From NCBI GenBank assembly GCA_001002405.1, contig LCOA01000012.1, positions 1-48,378 of the forward strand: 48,378 nucleotides of DNA, in the 5' to 3' direction. This DNA comes from Candidatus Amesbacteria bacterium GW2011_GWA1_47_20. Lineage in GTDB: Bacteria > Patescibacteriota > Microgenomatia > CAZETR01 > Amesbacteraceae. The number at the start of each line of letters is the position of its first letter. Within the stretch, counting starts at the first letter, position 1. Below are positions 7,926 through 15,811 of this stretch, in pieces. The notes under the pieces are model-generated. The model did not search any database and was not told the DNA's origin. It saw nothing but the letters and a program-made list of their open reading frames with translations. The translations under genes and the position numbers were made by a program.

Positions 7926-10196
7926 TTACGGTTCATGTACCCCTTGGAGTATTTTATCTCTTTCCTCTTGTTCTTTCTTGGCCTTGTCCTCGAGAAGTTT
8001 TTGAATAGCCTCTTTGGAGCAAGCGAGCCGAGGCTCGGTGCCGGGGATGAAATATTCAGAACGGACGGGACAACCTTCACAAGCGAGCTGGCCGGTGAGG
8101 GTACAAATGTTGACTTTGAGGAGATTGGCGGGTGAGGTGAACCCGGTAGCGGGAGTGGTTTTGAGAAGTTCGGTCATAATGCGGCGCCAAATAGGGGAGG
8201 CGCCCGTGACGCCGGAGGCCACATAGCTCATGGGGGAGTTGTCGTTGTTGCCCACCCACACCACTACTAGGCGGGAAGGGGTGTAACCGATGGTCCAGTT
8301 GTCCCGGAGATTGTTGGTGGTGCCGGTCTTGACGGCAACGTTGGGGACGTTGAGATCCGAATTGGGGCCGAAAGCCGGGGTGCGGGCTGAATTGTCGGAA
8401 AGAATATTGAATATAAGGTAGGCCACCCGGGGATCGAGAACGGGTTCGGCGGCGCAGGCGGTAATTTCTACGGCCTGGGCGGCTTTGACACCTGACTGGC
8501 GGTTGCACCTAAACTCTTCTAAGACTTTGCCGGTAGCGTCATGGACGGAGAGGACGGGATGGAGTTCCACTTTGGAGCCGGAATTGGCAAAAACTCCGTA
8601 GGCGGTGGCCATATCCAGCATGGTTACTTCTCCGCCACCCAGGGTTAAAGACAGGCCGTAGCGGGAAGGATCGGTCCAGGAAGAAATACCTAAACGATGG
8701 GCAAAATCTATGAAATTGGATACACCATTGGCAGCCAGGACTTTGACTGCCGGGATGTTGTACGAGGAGCCGAGAGCTGTTCGTAAAGTGACTTTTCCAT
8801 GAAATTTGCCGTCGTAATTAACCGGGGAGTAATTGGGCTGACCCGGGGTCTTGTAAGTAATGGGCGAATCGTCGATAACGGAGGCGGGGGTGAAGCCGCG
8901 GGTGAGGGCGAGGGCGTAATTTAGGGGCTTGATGGACGAGCCGGGCTGGCGCAGGGCGGTGGTCACATTGAAATTGCCGTCGTGAGTCATGTCGAAATAA
9001 TCTTTGGAGCCGACCATGGCTAAGATTTCTCCAGTTTGGGGGTTAGTAACTACGGCGGCGCCATTGCCAATGCGCAGGTAGGCCACCTTGGTTACTTCTT
9101 GGGTGACGGCGGTTTGAGCTGATTGCTGGACGGATAGGTCTAAAGAAGTGATGACTTCCAGGCCTCCCTGCTCGACGATGGAAGCGCCGTATTTTTGGGC
9201 TAAATATTCGCGGACGTACATGACAAAATGCGGGGCCTTGATATCGATGGTTTGGGGCGAAAATTTCAACTCTTCCGCGGAGGCGGCATTGGCCTGGTTG
9301 AAGGTAATGAAACCTTCGGAGACCATACGGCGGAGAACTTCTTTTTGGCGGGATTTGGCCAGTTCGGGATGGGCGCCGTAGGGAGAGTAGGTGGTGGGAG
9401 AGGCAGGCAGACCAGCGAGAAGTGTAGATTCGGCCAGAGTAAGCTGGGATACGGGCTTGCCAAAGTAGGTTTGGGCGGCTTCTTCTACTCCGTAAGCGGC
9501 GCCGCCGAAACTGACCCGATTTAAGTACATTTCCAAAATTTGATCTTTGGGGTATTTGAGTTCGACTAAAATGGCTAAAACCAGCTCGCGGATTTTCCGG
9601 CGAAGGGTGCGTTCGGGGGAAAGAAGGGCCGTTTTGACCAGTTGCTGGGTAATGGTGGAACCGCCTTGTATCGTGGATGTGTTGTGGGTGGTGAGTAGTG
9701 AGGAGTTGCTGATGAGAGCGCGAAAAATGCCACGCAAGGAAAATCCGGAGTGGCGATAAAACTCGGCGTCCTCGATGGCGATGGTGGCTTGACGCAGCTG
9801 CAGCGGGATATCCGGCAGTTTGACCAGGGTGCGGTTTTGGGAAGCGTAGATTTTGTACAGTTCTACGCCGTGGCGGTCGCGGATGTGAGTGGTTAGGGGA
9901 ACAGGCTGGGTGGTGAGAGCGGAGGGAGCGGGAAGACCACGGAATACATACCAATAAATACCAATAAATACCAATAATACCAGCGCCACCAATTTGAAAT
10001 TTGAAATTTGAAATTTGAATTTGGGAAAACGAAGTTGGGTGAGGGGATATATAAACTTGAGAAAGTTTTTGAGATAGGGGGTAGGAGCTTTGTAAATGAC
10101 AACTTCTTTTCGACGGGGTCTCTTAGGAGAGAGAGAAAATAAGAACCGAAGGAGAATATATAGGGGATGGCCGAGAGAAATGAGAAATTTGCGCAT
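7926..10196 (-). CDS. class A penicillin-binding protein (glycosyltransferase + transpeptidase)
   Basis: EDAEFYRHSGF, GGSTITQQLVK and RKIREL (GT51), then SSIKP and KTGTTN (transpeptidase). Confidence 0.9.
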   Translation of the reverse strand: MRKFLISLGHPLYILLRFLFSLSPKRPRRKEVVIYKAPTPYLKNFLKFIYPLTQLRFPKFKFQISNFKLVALVLLVFIGIYWYVFRGLPAPSALTTQPVPLTTHIRDRHGVELYKIYASQNRTLVKLPDIPLQLRQATIAIEDAEFYRHSGFSLRGIFRALISNSSLLTTHNTSTIQGGSTITQQLVKTALLSPERTLRRKIRELVLAILVELKYPKDQILEMYLNRVSFGGAAYGVEEAAQTYFGKPVSQLTLAESTLLAGLPASPTTYSPYGAHPELAKSRQKEVLRRMVSEGFITFNQANAASAEELKFSPQTIDIKAPHFVMYVREYLAQKYGASIVEQGGLEVITSLDLSVQQSAQTAVTQEVTKVAYLRIGNGAAVVTNPQTGEILAMVGSKDYFDMTHDGNFNVTTALRQPGSSIKPLNYALALTRGFTPASVIDDSPITYKTPGQPNYSPVNYDGKFHGKVTLRTALGSSYNIPAVKVLAANGVSNFIDFAHRLGISSWTDPSRYGLSLTLGGGEVTMLDMATAYGVFANSGSKVELHPVLSVHDATGKVLEEFRCNRQSGVKAAQAVEITACAAEPVLDPRVAYLIFNILSDNSARTPAFGPNSDLNVPNVAVKTGTTNNLRDNWTIGYTPSRLVVVWVGNNDNSPMSYVASGVTGASPIWRRIMTELLKTTPATGFTSPANLLKVNICTLTGQLACEGCPVRSEYFIPGTEPRLACSKEAIQKLLEDKAKKEQEERDKILQGVHEP
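9944..9982. repeat. 10-nt tandem repeat (ATAAATACCA-like x4) in the PBP N-terminal coding region
   Basis: ATACATACCA ATAAATACCA ATAAATACCA ATAATACCAG. Confidence 0.75.
9991..10025. repeat. heptamer tandem array (AATTTGA x4 plus a partial unit) in the PBP N-terminal coding region
   Basis: Encodes PKFKFQISNFKL on the minus strand. Confidence 0.85.
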
Positions 10197-10225
10197 AGTC
10201 GAGGAGCAGGAGTGGGCGAATTATA

Positions 10226-10741
10226 CTACTTTACGGCTCGGCCGTGGCGGTCGAGGCTGATGATTTTCAAGTTGGGGAGGCGAAGTTTTTGGAGTCTAGT
10301 ATCGTGGGTGATGAAAAAGTCTGCGTGATTGGCGATGGCGGTGGCTAACTGAATAGAGTCTGGGGTTTTGAGAAACTTGTTTTCTCGGCGGAGGCGGGCA
10401 GCCTCGAGGCAGATTGGCCAGTCGACTGGGCAAATTGAGACGCCGGGGGTGCTTTTGAAGAAATTGACAATCTCTGTTTGAGTGTACTCTGCAGGGATGT
10501 ATTTTGAAGGAGAGAGAGTTTCAAGTACGGAAATAATGGAAGAGAGAGCTATTATTTGACCAGATTCAGCCAGAGAAAGAAGGTGTCTACAGGTGGTGAA
10601 GTACGGTTCGGTTTTTTCTATGAGGTAGATGAAAACCATCGAGTCTAAAGCGACAGTTTTGTTTAAGATCGATTTATCTATCCCAAGATTTCCGTTCGTT
10701 TTTGATGTATTCATCGACATTGCCATACATGCCTTTTCCAA
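10226..10741 (-). CDS. PIN-domain toxin (start uncertain; an internal Met is likely)
   Basis: ALDSMVFIYLIE and FFITHDTRL acidic motifs. It overlaps the upstream antitoxin gene. Confidence 0.8.
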   Translation of the reverse strand: MEKACMAMSMNTSKTNGNLGIDKSILNKTVALDSMVFIYLIEKTEPYFTTCRHLLSLAESGQIIALSSIISVLETLSPSKYIPAEYTQTEIVNFFKSTPGVSICPVDWPICLEAARLRRENKFLKTPDSIQLATAIANHADFFITHDTRLQKLRLPNLKIISLDRHGRAVK

Positions 10742-10919
10742 TACCAGCGACTCGGTCTACCCAACTTTGGGTGGGGGGTTCGAGAATGACCACTTTTCGG
10801 GAGCCAAGATTCGTAGGGATAGCAGTGACTGTGGATTGGGATGAAATGCCAAGATGCTTTCTAATAGCCCGATTAAGAGTGACCTGATTTTGAGAAGAGA
10901 TAGGTAAAGAATATGTCAT
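10674..10919 (-). CDS. AbrB/SpoVT-type antitoxin
   Basis: The N-terminal SSQNQVTLNRAIRKHLGI swapped-hairpin-like segment, and its position upstream of the PIN gene. Confidence 0.65.
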   Translation of the reverse strand: MTYSLPISSQNQVTLNRAIRKHLGISSQSTVTAIPTNLGSRKVVILEPPTQSWVDRVAGIGKGMYGNVDEYIKNERKSWDR

Positions 10920-10966
10920 GGTACATTTACTTTTATCAGAAATCTAAATGAATGTCAAGATAGCAT

Positions 10967-13135
10967 TTAGTTTTTGATAGCTTGACCGTGGCGGTCGAGG
11001 TGGACAAGGTCGGCTTCTCCATAACCTCCGGAGCAGTCCAGGCAGAGCTGGCCCCCCAGGGTATCAAAGATTACGGCGTGATTTTGGTATTCGATGTCTC
11101 CGGGGTTTTCTACAATTTGTTTGGGACTGGCGGGGCTTCCGGTGGGGCGGAAAATGGGAATGTCCCGGCGGAGAGAGTCGGTCTGAACCGCGGGGACAGT
11201 ACCCCGTAAGAAATATTCGTAACGGGGGCCGCAGTCCGCTGGGGGTGAATCCGGAGCCTTGAGGCCTGATAGTGAGCAAACTAGAGCGCCAATTACGTCT
11301 GGAGGTTGGACGGGCCAATGCTGGGAAGAATCCTTAAGCGCATATGAAATAACTTTGTTCCAGATGGGGGAGGCGCCGGTGACACCCGAAGCGACGGCAG
11401 ACATGGGGGAGTTGTCGTTGTTGCCTACCCATACGGCGACGAGCACATCGGGGTTGTAGCCAATAGTCCAGTTGTCGCGGCGGTCGTTGGTGGTACCGGT
11501 CTTGACCGAGACTTCGGGGTGATTTCTGACGACTAAATATGAACTGGAGCCAAACATGGCAGAGCGGGCGCCGTTATCCAGTAGGAGATGGGAAATAATA
11601 TATGCGGTGCCGGTGGAAATGACCCGGGTGTTGGAGGGCAGTTTGGGAGTTTCTTCTAAAACCTGGCCCGTGCGGTCGGTGACTTTGAGAATAGGGTTGA
11701 GATTAACGCGCTGGCCGGCGTTGGCCAGGACGCCGAAGGCAGTAGCCAGGTCTTGCATGGTGACCTCGCCGCCGCCCAAAGTTAAGGATGGGCCGTAATT
11801 TTTGGCATCTTTAAAGGTAGTGATGCCAAAAGCGGAGGCCGAGGCCACGAAATTTTCCAGTCCATTGAGAGTGAGAACTTTGACGGCGGGGATGTTGAAA
11901 GAATTGGCTAGGGCAAAACGGACTTGAGTGGGGCCGTGCCACTGATTGTCGTAGTTGTTGGGACAGTAAGGCGGCTGATCGGGGATTAAAAAGCACGTAG
12001 GTTTGTCGGCTAGAACCGAACTGGCGGTAATTAAGCGGTGCTCTAGGGCCAGAGCATAATTGATGGGCTTGATGGCCGATCCCGGCTGGCGCAAGCTTTG
12101 GGTAACGTTGACGTTGCCGTCTGAATTAGAATCGAAATAGTCTTTGGAGCCGACCATGGCTAAAATCTGGCCGGTTTTGGGCTGAGTGACTAAGACTGCC
12201 CCGTTGCCCACGCGAGCGGACTTTAAGCGGCCAACTTCGGTAGCTACGGCTGCCTGGGTAAAATTTTGCAGATCTAGATCCAGAGTGGTAGTGACAATCA
12301 GGCCGTTTTGCTCCACTTTTTCAAGGCCGTATTTTTGGATGAGCAGGTCTTTGACCCACAGGGAAAAATGGGGAGCCTGGATACTAGGCGGAGGAGCGTA
12401 GTTCAGCTGTTGGTCTTTAGCTTTTAGCCACTGGTCTTGATTGATGAATTTGGCATCGAGCATTTGCTTTAAAACGTATTCCTGGCGGGATTTGGCTAAT
12501 TCCGGGCGGGAGAGGGGAGAATAGAAACTGGGGGCTTGGGGCAGACCGGCCAGGAGGGCGGATTCTGCCAGGGATAGGTCGGCAGCGGGCTTGCCAAAGT
12601 AGGTGCGGGAAGCGGACTCGATGCCGTAAGCCGTGCCACCATACGGGACTTGGTTTAAGTAAAACTCCAGGATTTGATCTTTTTTGTAGAACGTTTCGAC
12701 GGCGGCGGAGAGAATGAACTCACGAATTTTGCGTCTGACAGTGCGGTCGGGTTCTAGAAGGGCGTTTTTGACCAGTTGCTGGGTAATGGTCGAGCCGCCC
12801 TGGAGTTTTTGCTTGAAGAAAGTACTAATAAAGGCCCGGGCGATGCCTCGTATAGAGAAGCCGGAGTGAGAGTAAAAATCCCGGTCTTCGGCGGCCAACG
12901 TCGCTTGCCAGACATACTTGGGCAGGGACTTAAGTTCAATCGGAGTGCGCCGCTCTCCGACAAAAACTTCGTATAGCAGTTTGCCGTTGCGGTCCAAGAG
13001 CTTAGTGGAAGCAGGAGCGGGGTGGGTGGTAAGTCGGAGGGGGTTAGGTAAGTCCCATAAAAAATAGAGCAGGAGAGTAGAAGAGCTAGAGAGCAGGAGT
13101 AATAATTTCCAGTTTTTTTTGATTTTTTCTTTCAC
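10967..13135 (-). CDS. class A penicillin-binding protein (second paralog)
   Basis: EDRDFYSHSGF, GGSTITQQLVK, SAIKP and KTGTTN. Confidence 0.9.
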   Translation of the reverse strand: MKEKIKKNWKLLLLLSSSSTLLLYFLWDLPNPLRLTTHPAPASTKLLDRNGKLLYEVFVGERRTPIELKSLPKYVWQATLAAEDRDFYSHSGFSIRGIARAFISTFFKQKLQGGSTITQQLVKNALLEPDRTVRRKIREFILSAAVETFYKKDQILEFYLNQVPYGGTAYGIESASRTYFGKPAADLSLAESALLAGLPQAPSFYSPLSRPELAKSRQEYVLKQMLDAKFINQDQWLKAKDQQLNYAPPPSIQAPHFSLWVKDLLIQKYGLEKVEQNGLIVTTTLDLDLQNFTQAAVATEVGRLKSARVGNGAVLVTQPKTGQILAMVGSKDYFDSNSDGNVNVTQSLRQPGSAIKPINYALALEHRLITASSVLADKPTCFLIPDQPPYCPNNYDNQWHGPTQVRFALANSFNIPAVKVLTLNGLENFVASASAFGITTFKDAKNYGPSLTLGGGEVTMQDLATAFGVLANAGQRVNLNPILKVTDRTGQVLEETPKLPSNTRVISTGTAYIISHLLLDNGARSAMFGSSSYLVVRNHPEVSVKTGTTNDRRDNWTIGYNPDVLVAVWVGNNDNSPMSAVASGVTGASPIWNKVISYALKDSSQHWPVQPPDVIGALVCSLSGLKAPDSPPADCGPRYEYFLRGTVPAVQTDSLRRDIPIFRPTGSPASPKQIVENPGDIEYQNHAVIFDTLGGQLCLDCSGGYGEADLVHLDRHGQAIKN

Positions 13136-13347
13136 TCTTGAATTATAACGTAGGGGGGATTATATTATCCGTATGGCAGTGAAGAAAAAGGACGATCTGA
13201 TAGGAGGAGAATTAGATCCCAAGGAGGAAAAAATGCTGGATTGGATATTAAATGCAGTAGTGATCTTCGTCCTAGGCTGGCTGGGATTGGGAATACTTCT
13301 GTCCGTCGGGGGCCTATTTCATCTGTGGGGATAAGTTTTGTATAGTT

Positions 13348-13520
13348 TTGTTCACTTTTGCTCGTGCTAAAAGTGAACCGAAAAGCACGCCCGCCAGATG
13401 AGCTAAAAATGCACAGCAAGGAATCCCAATGCACCCCGATAGCCATCGGGATTGGAGCCGTGACTAACCAACGTGCTTGCTGTGCACTTTTTTGACGCTC
13501 ATGCCCTGGCGGGATTAGCC
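13348..13520. ncRNA. unclassified structured element, copy 1 (strand undetermined)
   Basis: Homologous to 24832-25004, with compensatory changes in three helices. Intergenic. Confidence 0.6.
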
Positions 13521-13667
13521 CCCTTGATTTTTAGAGAGAGGGAGAGTTTAATGGGGGTATGGATGGCGGATGAGGTTTATGTTGCAGGAGGGCCGGATAA
13601 AGGGCGAGTGGGTGACCATGATGGTGGCAGCCTCTGGTACCAACGGAGTTGTTTGGGTGGTTGGTGT

Positions 13668-13699
13668 GTTCCACCTATGTTCCACCTAAGAGGTGGAAC
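13668..13699. repeat. GTTCCACCT half-site followed by the GTTCCACCT-AAG-AGGTGGAAC palindrome (copy b)
   Basis: GTTCCACCTATGTTCCACCTAAGAGGTGGAAC followed by ATTTTT. Confidence 0.9.
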
Positions 13700-13744
13700 A
13701 TTTTTCTCCTTTGACGAGTTTTATCCGAAAGCGGTAAGATTGGC

Positions 13745-14230
13745 TTGATGGATTTTGAAAATGCAAATTGGTGGAAATATTTGACCGATCCCATGCGGGA
13801 TCTGGCGGGAGAAAGCTTTATTTTGTTGGAGAGGGAGGAAAAGTTACAGGAGGGGTTGCATGATTATAGCTTTGTGGTGTTTCCGATGGCGAAGGCGTAC
13901 GAAGGATTTTTGAAGAAGTTGTTTTATGACTTGGGACTGATTAATAAAAAACAATATGGTGGAGACCGGTTTAGAGTGGGGAAAGCTCTGAATCCTAATT
14001 TACCTAAAAGGTATCAGTGGGATTGGGTGTATGACAGGTTAACGCTAGCGTGTAAGGGGGAGGAAACGGCCATGGAGATGTGGGAGGTGTGGAAGAAGGC
14101 CAGAAACCGGACTTTTCACTTCTTCCCCGACCACCACGAGTTTATTTCTTTGGAACAAGCGAAAGAATTAATCGGGGAAATTGCGGATGTGATGGAAAAG
14201 TCCCTGATACAGTGCGATAGGGTTGGTTGA
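13745..14230 (+). CDS. hypothetical protein with a HEPN-like RNxxxH motif
   Basis: 161 aa, predicted helical, with KKARNRTFHFF (Rx4H). The family assignment is tentative. Confidence 0.45.
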   Translation: MMDFENANWWKYLTDPMRDLAGESFILLEREEKLQEGLHDYSFVVFPMAKAYEGFLKKLFYDLGLINKKQYGGDRFRVGKALNPNLPKRYQWDWVYDRLTLACKGEETAMEMWEVWKKARNRTFHFFPDHHEFISLEQAKELIGEIADVMEKSLIQCDRVG

Positions 14231-14826
14231 AATACTTGACAGGGCGAGATATACTGGAGGGTACGGGTATGAAAGCCAGTGGACAAAACTTGTCCGATAA
14301 GGGCTCTTTTATCGAGTCGGCCTGGGGTAATTTGCGAAACGCCCTGATTGGCTGTTCGGTGGCGATGCTGTTTGGATTAGTGGTTTTGTTTGTGTCGGTA
14401 TATTCTGCAAGAGCCGTGGAGCCGGTGACGGTGAAAGTGGAGTATTACTTGCCATATCCGGGGGTGCTGCCCGATAGCCCACTATATAAGTTGAAGGCGA
14501 TGAGAGACCGGGTGATGCTGTTGCTGATTTTTGATGAGGTGAGGAGAGCTGAAAAGGAGCTGTTGTACGCAGACAAGAGGGTAGGGGCCGCACTGGCATT
14601 GGCTGAAGGAGGAAAGATGGATTTGGCCGTTTCTACAGCAACAAAGGCCGAGAAGTATCTAGAAAGAGCCGTGATTCGAGTAAGAAAGTTATCTAAGCTG
14701 GGGCGGGATGTGAAGAGCATAGAGATGACTTTGGAGAAAGCGATAGCCAAACACAAGGAGATTTTGGAAAGCAAACCTGAATTCAACCCAGCCTTGAAGA
14801 TAAACGAGACTTTGACGTTCAAATGA
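14227..14826 (+). CDS. membrane-anchored DUF5667-like protein (alternative start ATG 14269)
   Basis: TM segment, then YLPYPGVLPDSPLYKLK and a helical repeat region as in DUF5667 proteins. Confidence 0.55.
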   Translation: MKYLTGRDILEGTGMKASGQNLSDKGSFIESAWGNLRNALIGCSVAMLFGLVVLFVSVYSARAVEPVTVKVEYYLPYPGVLPDSPLYKLKAMRDRVMLLLIFDEVRRAEKELLYADKRVGAALALAEGGKMDLAVSTATKAEKYLERAVIRVRKLSKLGRDVKSIEMTLEKAIAKHKEILESKPEFNPALKINETLTFK

Positions 14827-14851
14827 TCCCCTCTGATGTAGAAGTTGATAG

Positions 14852-14880
14852 TTGACGCACTAGATCTAGTGTCTTAGTCT
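14852..14880 (+). promoter_or_regulatory. nrdR promoter with an embedded NrdR-box-like palindrome
   Basis: TTGACG, 17 nt, TAGTCT. The spacer begins with CACTAGATCTAGTG (14858-14871). Confidence 0.5.
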
Positions 14881-14897
14881 AGAGGTCGCCACTAAAT

Positions 14898-15344
14898 ATG
14901 CGATGTCCATTTTGCGCTAACTCGGAGACATCCGTGTTGGAATCAAGAGTAGCAGAAGACGGACAAAGCTTAAGAAGGCGGCGCGAGTGTGAGAAGTGTC
15001 AAAAGCGCTTCACGACATTCGAAAGAATTGAGGGACCGACAATTTTTGTGATCAAACGGGATGGCAGCCGCCAACCATTTGACAGGGAAAAGATTGTCCG
15101 GGGGACGATCAAATCCTTTGACAAAAGACCAGTGTCGATTGACCTGATTAATCAATTGGCCGATGAAGTGGAAAGGGAGGTCAGGCGCAAAGAAGTGTCT
15201 GAAATTCCTTCGAAAACCATCGGTCGGATAGTTTTGAAGAGGCTGAAAAATATCGACAAAGTGGCCTGGATGAGATTTGCCAGCGTATATCTGGAGCTGA
15301 CAGATCTGACCGAATTCGAAAAGTTATTTGAAAAAATTTCTTGA
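14898..15344 (+). CDS. nrdR: transcriptional repressor NrdR
   Basis: MRCPFC...ECEKC zinc ribbon followed by an ATP-cone. Confidence 0.95.
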   Translation: MRCPFCANSETSVLESRVAEDGQSLRRRRECEKCQKRFTTFERIEGPTIFVIKRDGSRQPFDREKIVRGTIKSFDKRPVSIDLINQLADEVEREVRRKEVSEIPSKTIGRIVLKRLKNIDKVAWMRFASVYLELTDLTEFEKLFEKIS

Positions 15345-15348
15345 AAAA

Positions 15349-15531
15349 ATGCCTTATTTACAAATATCAATAAATGATGGCGAAAGGATTAAACAACCCA
15401 CGCCTTGTTTAAAATGTGGGCAACAAATTAGTCCGTACTATTTGTCACCGGTAAAACTTGAGGACGGGAGAACCTTTTTGGTGAATAGGTGTTTAAGCTG
15501 CGGATTTTTTGGGGAGGGAAAAAATGTTTAA
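15349..15531 (+). CDS. small zinc-ribbon protein
   Basis: CLKCG ... CLSCG pair of CxxC motifs. Confidence 0.4.
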   Translation: MPYLQISINDGERIKQPTPCLKCGQQISPYYLSPVKLEDGRTFLVNRCLSCGFFGEGKNV

Positions 15532-15805
15532 TCCGACGGCTGAGGTGGCAGAGGGAAAAGTGGCCGTAGAATGGTTGATGACGAGATTGGCCGAAAGGCT
15601 ACCGCAAGCGAGAAAAATGGATTTTATTATTTCTGCGATGGGGTATGATTCAACAGAGGCGGCGAGATTGTCTGGAGTGAGTGGGGCGAGAGTGCGGGAG
15701 TCGTTAGCTTACGCTGGAGTGGAGTTAAGGCAGATGGCAGAGGAGGATCCTAGTATAGCTGAAATAGTGAGGGAGTTAGGTAGAGAAAGGGCAGAGTTCT
15801 GGTGA
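15524..15805 (+). CDS. small HTH protein (sigma region-4-like)
   Basis: The STEAARLSGVSGARVRESL helix-turn-helix-like segment. Confidence 0.4.
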   Translation: MFNPTAEVAEGKVAVEWLMTRLAERLPQARKMDFIISAMGYDSTEAARLSGVSGARVRESLAYAGVELRQMAEEDPSIAEIVRELGRERAEFW

Positions 15806-15811
15806 AGGAGG

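Noticed and set aside
8077-9954. Long alternative-frame ORFs within the PBP genes (for example 9043..9954, 303 aa, and 8077..8508)
   Set aside because: They lie entirely inside a strongly supported PBP reading frame. They have low-complexity Arg/Pro/His-rich translations typical of off-frame reading of GC-rich codons.
13165-13748. ORFs 13165..13446 (-) and 13473..13748 (+) considered as genes
   Set aside because: They overlap the conserved structured element and the palindrome. Their translations have no motifs, and the homologous copy at 24832-25004 does not preserve either reading frame.
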